Source: Chrysomallon squamiferum (Eukaryota; Animalia; Mollusca). Taken from it: 64,000 bases of DNA. A model generated the notes under the pieces. That model was not told the DNA's origin, searched no databases, and was given only the letters and a program-made list of their open reading frames with translations. Shown in pieces: positions 1-12,811 of the stretch. Location: NCBI GenBank assembly GCA_012295275.1, contig CM022673.1, positions 7,068,001 through 7,132,000 on the forward strand, read 5' to 3'. The position numbers and the translations under genes were made by a program. Position 1 is the stretch's first letter. Every line of letters begins with the position of its first letter.

Positions 1-1599
1 CCCATCTACGTTTTCTCTGTGCTAGAGCCAACAGCAACCACATCATCGTGCACTTTCGCTATTCATTCAACGGCCGCAGGAGTCAAACAAAAAGCTAAAA
101 AAAAATTATTTATTGACTCTAAGTGGATTAAGATAGAGGAACAGGAAATCATCCGAGCTATAACCACTCCGTACGTCTCTCTCTCTCTCACACCGTGGAC
201 AAAACTCCATCACAGTTTGCCAGACACTCGTAAACGTCAACAGTGATTTTTTGAGTTTGATGAAGGATCTTGTTTGTTGTTGATGCAATGTCTGCTTAAC
301 GGGGTAGAACAGAGAGTTTATTCATTACTTGCGATAAAAACAAAATTAAAAAACAAAATAAAATAAAATAACACGAAGGAAAAACAACGATACCCGTGTG
401 TTTTTAGAAGTCTCCAGAAACAATATTATTTAAAGACACTAACAAATAATGTTAGTGTTTTGAAGACTGAAATATTGAAATTAGTGTTATTCAACTCTGA
501 ATTAGTGATAACTGTGTTGGAAGGACAGAAACACTGGAAGTTTAGTTTTCTAAAACCAAACACACTGAGACTTACATATTTAAATAAAACAAGTAAACTT
601 GATATTTTTTCTAAAGCTAGAAAACGAGAAAAACAAGACAGTATTTGTGCATTTTAAAGACAGGAGCACTGAAACTTTCGAGACAAGAAGACAATATTTT
701 TATGCGTTACAGACAGCAACAGAAATACCTGAATTTTTCTAATGATTATGACAAAAACAAGCTAATGAAAATGTTGGATTTACTGCAATAAAAACAACGC
801 CATTCACTCAGTACCATTGAGAGATATAAAGTAAGTAAACCAAATTGATCATTAGCTTCATTATTTTAAAATTATATTTTAAGTTAATATTAAAACAATA
901 TCGCTAAACGCTTCTTACTACTTGATTAAGCTTGCATCAAATAATATTGATAATTAAGAATAGTAATTTTTAATATTGTTTTGATAAACAATCTTTGATG
1001 AATATTGTATCTCACTATTTTCTATAAAATAGTTTAGCTTTCAATAAAGTGTTAGAAAATATTTTCCGAAAGCAAAACAAGACAAAAAAAAAAAAAACCA
1101 AAAAAAAAAAACAACAACAACAACAACAAACAAACAATTAAAATGCTAGTAGTTTTAAAATGATAAATATTTTTGTCATGATATTTCTAACAACATCAGG
1201 CTTTCCTTTATTCTGAAATTATAACTCCTTTTCATATGAACCTTTTAAAATTGTATGAATACACAATCATGTAGATATTATTAATTACGGCGCCGTTGTT
1301 TTGCTTGTGTTTGTGTTTTGTTTTTGTCTTTTACTGGTAGAGAATGCATTAATGTTTGATGTGGAATAACATTAGATAGAATTTTTTGAGAAATATATTT
1401 CAGTTAATGAGATGTAAATTTTAATATATTTCCTCTGTTACTGAATGTTTATGTTACTGATATTTTATATACTTTAAATTTCTGTTTATTTAGCAGGCTT
1501 ACATACATACATACATATGTGCATATATATATATATATATATACTTTATACAACTTAGAAACACAAAGTCTTAGTGTTTGTCTTTATTATAATTAGTGG

Positions 1600-1631
<32 letters not shown>

Positions 1632-2269
1632 CATTATTATTATTATTGTCGTCATCATCGATGTTATTTATTTATTTATTTATATATTTATATATTTATA
1701 AACTGGATTACAAAATTTTCTCAGACATGTGACGTTACATCAGAGCAAACAATATTCCACGTGCAACGTGTTAGAAAAATGAAATCTGAGTGAAAATCAA
1801 TGTAATAATCGTTGATGTTACCACTGGAAAATAGTCCTGTGGGCTTTTTCATATCACTTCAGCCATAATGAAGTTTTTTAATGTTTGTCGTTTGTAAACA
1901 AAACATCGGTCTGAAAATAGCGTTTTCTCGGTCTGATTCCTGGCGTTTCATAATCTATCGAGGAATGATAATGTTATATGATATTATTTAGTATTTGAAT
2001 AATGAATAAATGAATGGATGAATGCTTGCTTAATTACAGCGCAATAGAGTTATTAGGTATCGAACATGGATTTTGTCAGTTAGCAATAAAATAGCTTTTG
2101 AATGTACCTTCTCATAGTTAGACAAAGCATTCACCTTGGACTTGGACTTTGATAATCAGCCATTCGTGAAACATTGATTAAAACGAATGTTATCCTACCT
2201 AGGATCGATACCGTGTCATATCTCACATTAGCGCAGTGTTCTGCCATTGCAGTTCTAAGAAGACAAAGT

Positions 2270-2305
<36 letters not shown>

Positions 2306-2528
2306 AGAAGACGAAGAAAACGTAGAAGAAATAGTAGATGAAATGGAAAAAAATAAATAAATAAAAAATTTATAAAAAGGAAAGGAAAAACTAAAAAAGA
2401 ATAACATTCCATAAAAAAAAAAAAAAAAATAGTAAGATAAACAGAAAATAATGTTGAAACAATCGGGGTGATATATTCGTCAAAATGATATACATACTGT
2501 AACGTTAAAACAACTATAAAATTATCAG

Positions 2529-2745
2529 TTGACGAATGTTAAATGTGTGTTCTCTGCATCCGTCAGTCAGTGGTGATTGTTCAGGTATTTGCTCACTGGA
2601 TCGAAATGTAGCACAAAGTAAATACGTTCCAAACTGTAAATCTTGCCTCTTAAGCTGCAAGGGATATTGTGATTTGGTGCGCAATGGATCCATGTGGAAA
2701 ATTAAATGAAAGAAGAAAAGCAATGAAAGATGTTTTATTTTTTTT
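2529..2745. promoter_or_regulatory. Copy 1 of a diverged, duplicated ~215-bp non-coding element (putative enhancer or structured RNA)
   Basis: Aligns by eye to 3536-3745 at offset 1007-1008: 32/40 identity in the first block, 25/26 in GATCGAAATKTAGCACAAAGTAAATA, and a shared GGATCCRTG..GAAAATTAA..AAAGAAGAA block. The duplication is seen directly; the function is inferred. Confidence 0.55.
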
Positions 2746-3020
2746 AACCCTTCGTGTTGATGCAATTAGCGGAAATGAACCGTGCTGCAGTTTATTAGAT
2801 TACATCTGTCGCAGGACGATTGTTTGTTTAGAACACAAAAACACACGTCCAACTTGATTTATCGTTCCGGGACTGCATAAAGGAGCACCTTAAGAGTGCT
2901 TCAGTAAACTAGATCATGTCGTCCTTATTAAAAATGGCGAAGCTAAATTGTGCATAAAAAAGATGTTCATATAAAATGAGAGTTTTCACAGTTCAGTTTA
3001 ACGGACAAAGCACGAATTCA

Positions 3021-3021
<1 letters not shown>

Positions 3022-3093
<72 letters not shown>

Positions 3094-3100
3094 ACACACA

Positions 3101-3142
<42 letters not shown>
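3022..3142. repeat. (CA)n microsatellite
   Basis: Directly visible CA dinucleotide tract with a short interruption. Confidence 0.97.
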
Positions 3143-3143
<1 letters not shown>

Positions 3144-3535
3144 TCTCCTCGTTTCTGACAAACCAAAAACGGTTATCTCTTTATTCATTAATTTCATCAA
3201 AAAGAAAATTAAAACGAAAACAGCTTTTTACGGACGCATCGTGTTCGTATTCTCTCAATCTCATAATAACGTTCTTCCAACATTGCTTTCATTTTTTTGC
3301 CCCTTATTTAATAATATGACATTTCGTATTTCCCCAGACATCTGATTCTACGACATTTTGCAAAAAAAAGAAAAATGTCAGCGAATCTACAATGAAAAGC
3401 AACCAGCGACACGTTTCTCATACGTTTTCTCCATCTCGGACCAATCAAGGACCAGTTGTCAATAGGATATTTTCCTGGAAATAATAACGTCTGTCGTCCA
3501 GTCAAACAATTCCTCTTTTTTCACCTCTGACCCTT

Positions 3536-3745
3536 TTGACAAACGTCAAGTGTGTGTTCTCCGTAGCCATCAGTCCTCAGCGATTCAGTTCTTGTTTACC
3601 GTGAAGATCGAAATTTAGCACAAAGTAAATAGTTTGGAAAATCGTCGAGCTTAACGCTTGCCGTGTATGGTACATCATGCTGCGATGCTGTTCGGATCCG
3701 TGCTGAAAATTAATCAAAGAAGAACAGGACAAAATCCAGTTTTTT
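3536..3745. promoter_or_regulatory. Copy 2 of the duplicated ~215-bp non-coding element
   Basis: Paralogue of 2529-2745, with the same conserved blocks in the same order and spacing (net 1-nt length difference up to GGATCC). Confidence 0.55.
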
Positions 3746-6379
3746 GTTACGTTTTTTTTTTTTTTTTTTTTTTTTTTTGCCTCTATTCAGTTTACCGAAA
3801 ATTAACACTACAGTTTGTTTTAGATGAATAGTGCAGCTTATGAAATAGATTATTGCTAGGGATAATATACTTATTCGTGATTTATAATTAAGTTTAAATT
3901 CCAATAAAAGAAAACGTAATTATATAATATGATTAAAACACAGATGATAAAGTTATGTTATATTTAAATTATTCTCCGTAATTTGAGCTTTTACAGCTTC
4001 TGCAGTGGTCTATAGTTAAAAATACACGATTTAAATGATGATTTAAAGGCTTATTCCATCAAATGTGGTCAGCAACAACTTATATGCTTAAGATCTTGAC
4101 GTTTATATAATTGTTTAAAAATAAATACATATCTGTTTTTAAGTAAGAATAAATGACTTTGGTCAGAATGTAAATACATACAACATTCGTAAAGATTTGC
4201 CAAATTTTCAGGGTTCGTGGTTTCTTTATTGGTTTATTATCAGTGGAAGGAGTATATTGATTTTTTCTGTTAATGGGAAGGTGCATAAAAAGGATTTCTT
4301 GTCGCTAATTAAGAGTGGTCATATATCGGCGAAAGCGGATTTTGTCTGTCATATCTTGATTAATTTTAACAAAGATATAGTGTATGATGGATCCGTATTT
4401 GCATTTAGATACCGCTTCGTCCATAAATATCATATTTTAAATAAACATTTTCATCCATAAACTTCTTATTATAAATAAACAGATATTAGTGTCGACGTGA
4501 GGGTGAAAATTCAAAGACATTAGACTTTAACAACAAATTTCTGATCACCCCTTTACATTACTTTTAAAACTTCTTTTATTAATCTCATAGTGATAAAAGA
4601 AAACCGAGACTCGATACATCTAAAGAAAATCTTCTGCTGCCATCATCGAAAGCCATAAAATTTTGAGCAAAAACTCGCAGAAGCAACTCGCCGAACATTG
4701 AAGCCATTGTGTCTTGACAAGCGAGGTTAAGCCAAAAACTGCTGCATGAGTATCTAACTCTACCACACGAATCACAGTTCATGCACAGTGTCATGGTTTA
4801 ACGTTAAATCCTTTCAATGGGCAAGAATATAGAGAGATTTACGTGACCAAATGTATTTCCTTAAGCCTCCACACGCCAGAATATCGAGCACTCCATCACC
4901 ATTTGTCGACGACATCTGCATTCAAGTAGGAAATTGAAAATCATGGCTTCAGCACCAAACAATTTGTTGGCTAAGCGGATCGGAAAATAGCCATTTTCTT
5001 TCCAGCGAATCCCTGTCGTTAGGAACTTTGGTAAATAAGAGTGTAAATCATCAGTAATGAATACAAAACACGTCACTTCATTTCATGCTTATCGGTATTA
5101 CGTATAAAAGAATCATATTTTCTTAAAATATTGGCAAAATGGTTTAGAACAAGTAATAGTATCATTGTAAGTATTCGTATTTGTTGCATGCTTAACATAC
5201 TAATTTTCCTCTTGACAAAAGTACACACAGACACACACACACACACATACACATACACACATACACTCAGCTGTAGTAGTTTATTTACTTTAAGCCGTGT
5301 TGCTCTTAAGCATACTAGTATATACAATATTTTAACTAATATATAAATAATCATCAGAAACATTATTTTTCTAATTCATTTGTGCAGTTAAAGGCTGAGA
5401 TATCATCGAATCGTTTCAGTATTTTCAGAGATTTTATTTATTTATTTTTAGTAAAATGTTTGGGATAATGGCATATATGCAGAGGATTAAAATCAGCAGA
5501 ATCCATTCTCCTTCATGAAATATAATCTGGTCCTTGTGAGACTAGAAATATAGGAAAAAATCTGAAACAGTTTGTTCAAAACAGCTAACATTCATTTAAT
5601 TAATTTACCCAGAGAGAGAGAGAGAGAAATTCGGTGAGTGTGAGAAAGACAGAATACCAGGGAAAGGGAGAGAGAATCGAAAATATAAAAGAGAAACATT
5701 CAAGAAAGAGGAAGAATGGAGATAAGAATACATCTTAGGAAACATTTCAGAATGGGAGGGATATTTGACGTTTCTTTATTCTCAGAATTTTGACATAACA
5801 GACATTTCTCCCAAATTATTATCTAAATACACACTGAACAGGATTACTGCAATTGCAGCGATGACGACAGCCACAGGAGCAATAACAGAACCTGAATCAG
5901 CAGCAGCGGCAGAAGCAATAGCTGCAAACAAGCCACAGGGTCATCTGTAAAGTTTAAGTTGCAATAATCATTTGACTGCTTTCCTTTTCATCACACCGTG
6001 GTATCTTGTATCGCCATTGATCTTAGTTTTACGTGCTTCAAATCTTCCCACAAAACAAGATCTTGATAGATATGTCTGGGAACCATCCAGCTAACACCAC
6101 GACTTCCTTTAACACGCACACCGAATCAGGCTGGGTCTAAGTTGAGGAAAGAATTAGCTGCGTATGCACTGTAAATCATTTTAACTTTTTGTTTCATGTT
6201 GATGGTATATATATATTTTTTTATTTATTTCAGCAGCACCTAATTTTGTAAGCGCTAGTCGGTTTGGAATTTCATTTTTATCTTTTTTTTTTTATATATA
6301 TATTTTTTTTTGTCTCGTGAAATCTTCCTGCCTCCGACAGACAACTGCAATTTCATTTCTCTTGCCAAAATCTGAATTA

Positions 6380-6720
6380 AAACAGTGTGATTGGCGATAA
6401 ATATGTTCCAACAAAAATTCAGCTTCATTTCGCTTATACCGCGCTACAAGACGCGATTGTGATTGATCGAGGTTAGACGTTTTGCCTCTAACGTCGTTCA
6501 TTAAAGCAGTTAGTTGACAAGCCACCAATCAAAATCACACGAGTCGGTAGACGTCACGCTACACGTTCGCACGCGCTGCGCTTTTCCAGCCGCCCCGTGA
6601 TTGATTCAGTCGTTTTGCCGCTTTAAGAAGAGGAAGAAAACGAGGAAGACCTGGCATTAATTCTCGTCTGAGGTTAATAATAAATGAGCAAAATCTATTT
6701 TCATGACAAACGCTACGGTA
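6380..6720 (+). promoter_or_regulatory. CpG-rich promoter-like island
   Basis: CCAAT boxes (TGATTGGC 6388, CCAATCA 6525), GACGTCA 6550, TGATTGAT at 6460 and 6598, Inr-like TCAGTC 6606-6611, and many CpGs relative to the flanks. Confidence 0.4.
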
Positions 6721-7254
6721 ACAAAGTGACCCGCTGTTGAGAATGAATCGCTGATAATAAAAAAAAAAATAATAATTGGTCTGATCTACTCGGACCTAAG
6801 TGTTGCAGCTATCATAAAGCTATCATTACGATAACTGTCTGGAAAGACTAGTGATCCTAAAGGTGACACTGTGTGATGTCACTGATTGTGATGATAGAAT
6901 GATGATGACAAAATTGATGTTGATGATGATGATGACATAAAGATTATGATGACGGTATTGGTAATGATGGTAACGAGGATAATAATTAAGCTATATTGGA
7001 AATTTATTGATAGTAACAGTGTTAGTTACGGCGTTAAATATTACACATTAATATAACGACTGTTGATGATGATATTGCTTTATTACAGTGAGGTAAATTA
7101 TACACGTTATTACAAACTGCAACAAATATTATCTGACAACCGTGAGAAAAGCTGCGTATCTGTTTAAATGTTATGCACCTGAGGTGTTTAGTGAAGTGTT
7201 TGTACTTTTGTAATGAGCATACAGTATTTATTTATCGTATTACGTGAAAAATAC

Positions 7255-7839
7255 ATTTATACATACATAAACGAACGATATAATTTCACATATATAAGAA
7301 CATACATGTATCCATGCATACACACACATACATACACACACATATATACATATATACACATACATACATACATACATACATACACAAACATACATACATA
7401 CATACATACATACATACATACACACATACATACGTACACACATACATACATACATACATACACACACATACATACACACACATACATACATACATACATA
7501 CATACATACATACACATATATACATACATACATACATACACACATACACACATACATCATACATACATACATACATACATACATACATACATACATACGT
7601 ACATACATACATACACACACATACGTACACACATACATACATACATACATACACACACATACATACACACACAAACATACATACATACATACATACATTC
7701 ATACATACACATATATACATACATACATACATACATACACACATACACACATATATCATACATACATACATACATACATACATACATACATACATACGTA
7801 CATACATACATACATACATACATACACATACACACATAC
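7255..7839. repeat. Compound (TACA)n/(CA)n microsatellite
   Basis: ~580-bp TACA-dominated tract; source of the HTYI/MYVC pseudo-ORFs. Confidence 0.97.
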
Positions 7840-10242
7840 CACCTCCGTTCAGTTTAGATAATTTTTGTAAGCAGTAAACAAGGTCACGCTGACTTCACGT
7901 AATTATCGGTGACAAATTATCTTATTTCAGATCATAAGCAGTGCAGCATCGAACAAACGAAGCATAATAACGCGGTAAAATTAGAATGACTTTGTGAATT
8001 ACCACAAGACTGATAATTCAATTTGCCTGAAAGAACAAAATACGGGATTTAAGACTGGGTTGTCGCATGTTGCTAATTTAGTCGACATCTTTAATTGACA
8101 ATTGAGTTGGTATTGTGCGCTATGAAAAAGTTGGAAAGAAGAAAGAAACGAAACGAAAAAGGATAATGAGAAAGAATCCGGTCTGCTTTTCATCCGACAA
8201 AAATAAGATGAATTACATTTACGAAGTATATGTCACTTTTCATTTAGTATTGGATAAACGCATTTTATAGCAATGCTCTTAAATAGTCTAATTGCATTAG
8301 GTATAAAATACTTTATTTTAATTTTTCTATTTCGGTATTCTTATAAAATAATCTAGAACATAAATGCTTCTGTAGGAATATGGATTACATTTTTTTTTGT
8401 AGCAGCGTTTCAGAACTGAAATTTCATTTTTTTTTTTTTTTTTCTTCTAATGATATTATGTCTTTATTCGGGAAACGTCAAATTTTACATTTTGGAGTAA
8501 ATGCCTTTTATTTCTGTTTCATATTTAACATTTAACATTTTTTTTATCGGTACTTTTTAATTTGTGCTATATGTATTTAATGTCACGATTATATTTACGA
8601 TTATTATCTAAAAAGCCATGCCTAGATGTGAATTAAAGCCCACATGAGTGAGATCAAAATAACGTAAGTACACTTCAGAGGAAAAACAAAATCATCATTG
8701 CCTCGGCATTCGAGAAGACAATACAGAAACAGCAAGATAGTAATGATTCTATATTATTAAATGCGAGGAAAGGTATACCAGATATATACATGAGACATCC
8801 AAATATATTTTCATATAATAATTTATTTATAAGTTATAATATGTTTGTATTTAAAAAGTTATGTTTATTAGTAAGAACTATATGCGAGAGAGTGTGTCCT
8901 CCGAGTTAAACTTCCACGCATGTGCATTTTATGTTTAACTTTTTTATTATATATCTGTAATCTTCTCTGTACTGTAATGGTAGAGTTTATGAGAATACAG
9001 TCATTGTTGTTGTCTGTACTTTGGGGTATTTAATGAGGATTACACGAACTGATAGTTTAATCACTTGATGGGGATGGACTTTCATGTGAATTGTTCTCAT
9101 AAATCTACTAAATCATCTTTAAAACATTTTTATTTTTATTCTGAAATTATCTCGCGAACGATATTGATATTATGAAGATCTGATCGACTGGTTTTGATGA
9201 CGTACACCAGGGATCATCCCAAGATACATTTATTGTTATTCCATCACGTTTGTTCTGGACACTTCTTTCCAGTTTTTTTTTTTTTTAAACAATATAATGA
9301 GTCTGTTTGGAACAGTTCTGTTTGGAAACGAACTCATAACACTGTTCCGAAGTTCGTAGGGATTTGAATGTAGGGTCGTAAGTTTTATTGTCCAATTTCG
9401 TAGAACACCTACTTCTGCCTCGTGTTGCCTGCGGCTACGATGAGGCCTGATCGGCTTTTTCTTGTTCAGCTTCGAACGCGGATCACATTCAATCAGTGGA
9501 AATCTCTAACTGTAATAACGTCTTCATTTACCAATTGCTCGCAGCGAAAATTTTCCTTCTGTTGCATACTAATGATCGAGAAGAGGCCCGGAGCGAGGAC
9601 GCTAATTTCAGAGCGGTTGTGGAAACAGTCTATTTTAAAAGACGTCACATGTGTTTATTCTATTGATCAGCCGTCAAATTAACAACACATATGACGCGAC
9701 ATAACGTATTTATAAAAACATCCAAAGGGCAAAATAACGATTTGTAGTTAAAAGTACTCACGCCGGTAGGTTCTTAGCACGTCTGTGTTTACTTGGCGGA
9801 GAAGACGAACGAAAACAAATGTTTGTCACTGACAAAGCAGCATATTGCTTAATCACAAACTTACCTAGCGTAAAAGTATGTTTTGCTGTTAGTTCGTAAA
9901 GAGCGGAAATTGTGTTTTTATAGACGTTTTACATTTTTTTTTTCCAATAGTGAATAACGAAGGCAAAATGGGAGAAATAGTAGTTTTACAAAGCAGCTTA
10001 TTGAGTTTCACATAGACAGTGTTAAAAAAAACTTTAAAAAATAGTAATACGGTTTTTGAGAATATTTTTTTCATATTTCAGAAATTTTAATAGCAGGGGT
10101 AACCAATAACTCAAAAATTATTGGTATTTGTGTTATGAAATCAATGTAGGGACAATGGTAATTTTACAAAGACATTTCAAGTTAGACGATGGAAACTTTT
10201 CAAAATAACATATATACGTTAGATATTTGTACTCTGAAACCG

Positions 10243-10790
10243 TTTCTTCTTTTTCTTCTTCTTCGTCGCGTTTGATCTCGAGCATTTTCTGTCTTGGGCA
10301 CCTGCCGAGGTAATCTGCAGTTCCTATATATCCTACGCGATCCATCCATTTCCCTCTTCTGTTGATCTTTTTCTCGGCATACCCAGTCAACAGTTGTTCT
10401 CACTTTGTTGCTCTCTTCACGCGTAGTATCGCCTCTTTGACTTTCTCTGTTATTCACTTTTCCCTCCTTCCTGATGTCCACTTTCTTTACTCTGTCTGTC
10501 ACTTTTGCACCTTTAAATTTGTTTTCAACATTTTCATCTGTTTCCTCTAGAATCTGTTCTCCAAGAGTTTTCTCTGCACTGAAGTACTGGTCTAATGACA
10601 GTCATTTAGAACTTGATCTTCAAGTTCCTCGGTATTTTCTTGTCACTGATAGCTCCAGACAGATTTCTCCATTTTGTCCACGCTGCACTAACTCTTGCTC
10701 TAACTGTTTGTTCTGATCTTCGCTGATGATAACATCCAAATATTTGGATTTTTTTCATTATTGACAGTTCATGTCTGTAAAATATTTTAA
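10243..10790 (-). mobile_element. Degenerate 5'-truncated RTE-clade LINE (C-terminal part of the RT ORF plus (GAA)n tail)
   Basis: Minus-strand translation across frameshifts gives a KYLG-like motif, then VRARVSAAWTKWRNLSGAISDKKIPRNLKIK, TVIRPVL, DRVKKVDIRK and RGKWMDRV. These match the post-RT region of RTE elements (pattern AAWxKWRxLSGVLCDKKIP..K.K.YKTVVRP). The fragment ends in a GAA-type repeat tail at 10243-10264, as RTE elements end in short tandem repeats. Confidence 0.85.
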
Positions 10791-11380
10791 AGTGACACGA
10801 GTTGCTATAACTAACAGTCATGGAGTTCGATTTCGGATCCACGAAATATATTCTACGCTATTTAGGACGATGGGAAGAAAAAGTCCGGTATGAAATTTTG
10901 GCCGCTTATGCAAGAAAATCTGTTTGTTTAATAACTGCGACAAAACTATTGTGTTAAAAAAGAAAGAAATCCAAATCATTCGCCAGCGCTGATTAGCTTA
11001 TAATTTTATATTATCTTACAGAAGAAAACTGAAAAAAATATATATACAAAGAAAAATACGAAAGAAAATCGAAAGACACAAGCATCAAGAAATTCAAGAC
11101 CACAAGAAACAGTAATAAAAACAGGAATATTTACGATTTGCAGATTCTGATATGAAAATATGGAATTTAAAATTGCTATTTATGATAATTATTGATGGCA
11201 GCATTTTTCTGCTTCATGTCTCGTTCATAATTTGAGTAATAAACGAAAAAACATAAAAGAGTCTGTATTTGTTAAACAGTGTCTGTTTTACATCTTGTCG
11301 TGGTAGATTCCCTCCCACTTTGTTTTTCTTTCCTTTTTTTTTTTGTGTCTGAGTACATTTATTTAGATTATTTAATTTTG

Positions 11381-11423
<43 letters not shown>

Positions 11424-12501
11424 GAGACACACGTATACATACACACACACATACAGAAATATACACACCAACCCAAATACAGACTGACGCACACAATGAC
11501 ACTCTTTTTGTATTTCTTTCATTCAGTCTGTCATTTTTCTGTATTTTCTGTTTTAATTGTCTTTTCTTCTCTTCTCGCTTCCTTAATCGGACTGTTTTGC
11601 CTTTCAGAAAGATCCTGCGCTAACACAACAATTATTATTTTTATTTTTTTTATTCTTTATTATATCTAGTCCAGCTTTTCCCCATAATCTTATGTTCTGT
11701 TTAAGGCATGCGTTTACTTTTAATATAATGAGAACCAATTAAAGTTCAGGCAAGCTGCATATATACTGGAATATCAATTGTTAAATTGTTTTTCAAGATT
11801 TAATTAGAAATGGCGGTCAGCGATAAAATACGTAAGTAGGAAATGGTTTTCCCTTTTATAGTTTACTATTTGCAGTTAACTCCTAATGTCTCATTAGGTT
11901 ATTTTGTATCTGTCTGTCTCTCTGTCTCGCTCTGTCTGTTACCCAAAATAACACAGAGACATAAATATACATTACATGAATTATCATCTTTTATTATCTC
12001 CCTTGTACAGCGAACGTTTTCTTTTATTGTCTTTGTTTTTTCACCGCTGCTTTAAAGCGGCTTAATAAATTATATTTTGAATAAACAAAACTCTTTTGAA
12101 TATACATCTGAACTAAATTACTACTCCTTTTTTGCATTCACCGATTTGTAGAAATTTTATTTTTCATTCACACGTAAAAGATTGAGATAGATTAATTTAA
12201 ATCTTCTCTGCTAAGTGGATATTCTGCAAGATGTCCGACTGATTCAGAATTAAGCTGGACACTGATCAGTCAATGATGACCCGCGGCATGACAGACTTTT
12301 AACACAGCAAATAATCCAGAAGTCAGTGGAATAAAATCCGAGATTAGCGAAACTTGACGTACTGGATTTTTATTTATTTATTTTTATTTATTTTTTCTGT
12401 AGTCATTGTAAACTACAGTAACTCCGTAATTAGACGTATATAATTAGACAAACTAATATTCATTCCTAATTTTTTTTCAAGTTCAAGTTCATTCTTAAAT
12501 A

Positions 12502-12811
12502 CAGGACCAGAACTCGGGCACTCAGCCGGGATGCCGTGTATTAATGGACGCCATGTTATGTGTTTTGTATTTTCCAAACACAAAGGAAAAAAAAAATTCT
12601 GAAAATAATAAATAAAACGGTGAAGTATAGAACCAAATTTAAAAATTTCAAGACTGGAATCACATTTTCGAGAATCTGATTATTAATTCCTTCTGTTATG
12701 GTGATCAAACTTTAAAAACATCTGATAAAGAAAATTTTCAGAATCAAAAGTCGCGAGAAGACGCCGAAGATGAGCTTGCCTTGGGCACCACTAACACTTG
12801 GGCCGGACCTG
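12502..12811. mobile_element. Non-autonomous hAT-type MITE, 310 bp
   Basis: Exact 8-bp direct repeat CTTAAATA at 12494-12501 and 12812-12819 flanks imperfect terminal inverted repeats (CAGGACCAG... / ...GGGCCGGACCTG). The ends are GC-rich and the interior is AT-rich with no ORF. 8-bp TSDs and CAG-starting TIRs are characteristic of hAT elements. Confidence 0.75.

Noticed and set aside
2536-2709. 57-aa Cys-rich plus-strand ORF (MLNVCSLHPSVSGDCSGICS...) inside copy 1 of the duplicated element
   Set aside because: The paralogous copy lacks the ATG and has an early TAG in this frame; no signal peptide or known Cys framework.
2520-3710. Selenocysteine or readthrough reading of the minus-strand frame (TGA at nearly the same place in both copies)
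   Set aside because: The TGAs are offset by one codon, copy 2 has a 1-nt frameshift upstream, there is no start codon or shared splice acceptor, and no SECIS was recognised.
6840-6857. miR-7-like word TGGAAAGACTAGTGATCC
   Set aside because: An extra base disrupts the seed, the 3' half does not match miR-7, and no precursor hairpin is evident.
7213-7877. Long overlapping ORFs (up to 214 aa), and similar ORFs at 35003, 55119 and 62573
   Set aside because: Pure translations of (TACA)n, (GA)n, (CA)n or trinucleotide microsatellites, open in several frames on both strands.
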